A stretch of DNA of 59,337 nt from an uncultured bacterium (lineage in GTDB: Bacteria; JAGOEH01), in the NCBI GenBank assembly GCA_964632485.1, contig CAZWDO010000006.1, positions 186,001 to 245,337 of the forward strand. Direction: 5' to 3'. A model generated the notes under the pieces. That model searched no databases, was not told the DNA's origin, and was given only the letters and a program-made list of their open reading frames with translations. Made by a program: the position numbers and the translations under genes. Below, one piece after another: positions 57,950 to 59,337 of this stretch (the first letter of the stretch is position 1; each line of letters opens with the position of its first letter).

Positions 57950-59151
57950 ATTTTAAAAAAAAACGTACCAAGATTAAACCTTTCAATGAAAATAATATCT
58001 TACCAAGTATAACTATCAAAATAAATAAATTATGATTAGAACATTTTTATTATTTGTCGTGATTTTTACTCTTGGTTGTAACAAGGATGACGACAATCCA
58101 AATCCTTCAAATCCTAATGTTGTTCCATACCAAGAAGGCTTGACAACGAATTACATAACGGTAAACAATATAACACGGAAATATTTAGTTTATCGACCAA
58201 CAGGAATGACAACTGTAAATGCTGTTGTAACAGTTTTGCACGGTGGTGGTGGACTTGGTATTGGAGTTTCAGAAATAGATGCTCACCCACTATCCGTTTT
58301 TCGGACAATTGCAGACAATGAAAAGTTTTTAGTAGTCTATCCAGAAGGTTCACTCGACATTCAAGGGAATCCTGGATGGAATGATTGTAGAAGTGATGAT
58401 ATATCAGGAAGTCAAGGTGACGATATTACCTTTTTGAAACAGTTAAATTCAAAATTAATCTCAGAGTTAAATATTAATTCAAACAAAATGTTTTTAACAG
58501 GGACAAGTAATGGTGCTTTAATGACCTATTCTTATGCTTTTCAATTTCCTGAAACTATTAAAGCGGTAGCCGTTTCAAGTGGGAATTTACCGGAGTTTCC
58601 TGAAAGTGGACTTTGTACAAATGGCTCTAATCTGCCGTTGCCAATCTTGATAACTCACGGAACAAGCGACCCTGCAATGCCTGCAAATGGTGGTTGTGTT
58701 GCAGATATTGGTGGCAATTGTAATCGTGGAAAAGTAATATCTCAAACTGCAACTTTAGATTATTGGTTACAAAGAAACGGTTTACAAAATATTAATCCAA
58801 CCATATCTACTTTTAATGTGAACACAACAGATGCAGGCAACGTAGAAAAAAGAATTTATAGTGGTGCAAAACCATTGATTTATTTTATTTTAAATAACGC
58901 TGGACACGCTGTGCCAAGTAAGACAGTTTATACCAATTCTTCACCTGCAAGTGGAGTTCAAAATAGAGATATAGAATATGCGGAAGAAGTTTGGAACTTT
59001 TTTAAAGGAATTCAATAAAAACAGCACACAACAGCAGTTTGGCAAAATGGCGGGTTCAGTGCAAAATTGAACATTTGGTTTTCAAATGAACATTAGTGCT
59101 AAATTGAAATTAAGTGCTTCTAAATCCGCCACTTCGCCAAGCTGCAAACCG
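57941..59151 (+). mobile_element. Integron-like gene cassette 1 (1211 bp) carrying an esterase gene
   Basis: GTTGTGTGCT (57940-57949) is the exact reverse complement of AGCACACAAC (59023-59032), which opens the hairpin just after the stop; markedly AT-rich. Confidence 0.78.
58032..59018 (+). CDS. PHB-depolymerase/LpqC-like alpha/beta hydrolase lipoprotein
   Basis: Lipobox TLGC, VLHGGGG, FLVVYPEG, WNDCR, GTSNGA nucleophile elbow, HGTSDP, AGH. Confidence 0.88.
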   Translation: MIRTFLLFVVIFTLGCNKDDDNPNPSNPNVVPYQEGLTTNYITVNNITRKYLVYRPTGMTTVNAVVTVLHGGGGLGIGVSEIDAHPLSVFRTIADNEKFLVVYPEGSLDIQGNPGWNDCRSDDISGSQGDDITFLKQLNSKLISELNINSNKMFLTGTSNGALMTYSYAFQFPETIKAVAVSSGNLPEFPESGLCTNGSNLPLPILITHGTSDPAMPANGGCVADIGGNCNRGKVISQTATLDYWLQRNGLQNINPTISTFNVNTTDAGNVEKRIYSGAKPLIYFILNNAGHAVPSKTVYTNSSPASGVQNRDIEYAEEVWNFFKGIQ

Positions 59152-59157
59152 TTGTCC
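59023..59157 (+). other. attC-like imperfect inverted-repeat site
   Basis: AAC-A-GCAG-TTTGGC-AAAA-TGGCGG pairs with CCGCCA-CTTC-GCCAAG-CTGC-AAACC-GTT; about 130 bp. Confidence 0.75.
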
Positions 59158-59286
59158 AACATCGCTGCGCTCGTTGGACAATGGGAGGGGCGGGTTGGCG
59201 GCTGTCGCTGCGCGACATCGTACAACATGCGGGTAAGCGCGCAGCGTGAAATTTCCTGCGGAAACTTCGCCAACCCGCCCCTCCCA
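59152..59286 (+). mobile_element. ORF-less 135-bp hairpin cassette (or MITE-like insertion at the attC core)
   Basis: TTGTCCAAC (59152-59160) complementary to GTTGGACAA (59173-59181); perfect 21-bp inverted repeat 59180-59200/59268-59288. Confidence 0.6.
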
Positions 59287-59337
59287 TTAGGTGCAATTTG
59301 TCTGGACAGGATTTTTTAAAAAGAATAGTATAAACAT

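Noticed and set aside
59082-59319. ORFs 59082-59273 (-) and 59086-59319 (+)
   Set aside because: They run through the attC-like and inverted-repeat structures and have no protein-like motifs; likely spurious.

Overview
Bacterial chromosomal window, probably from a non-Bacteroidota FCB-group organism (inferred from T9SS-type C-terminal domains and a PorV-like barrel without susD). It contains one 10-N assembly gap (7048-7057). The left half is housekeeping and accessory genes: uppS-cdsA-dxr, a Zn-type binding protein, a Btu/Fec-type ABC transporter, hisC-SPOR-mutS-TPR, a diguanylate cyclase/CheZ-like/glycosyltransferase block, a radical SAM enzyme, a TonB receptor and cupin-hcp. 31.4-56.3 kb is a PUL-like glycan/amino-sugar locus: a TonB receptor, T9SS-type secreted proteins, beta-barrels, GHL10 and NAGPA-type hydrolases, a transporter, a hydantoinase-like ATPase, a deacetylase, PPi-PFK, an SIS protein and a ROK kinase, with a REP-like array inside it. 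The most striking feature is at the right end: an integron-like system. A tyrosine recombinase lacking the canonical IntI I2 insertion is followed, in the same orientation, by a palindromic attI-like site, a 1211-bp esterase cassette whose ends are perfectly complementary around a GTT/AAC core, an attC-like hairpin, a 135-bp ORF-less hairpin cassette and the apparent start of a third cassette. All family assignments come from motif recognition by eye, not database searches.
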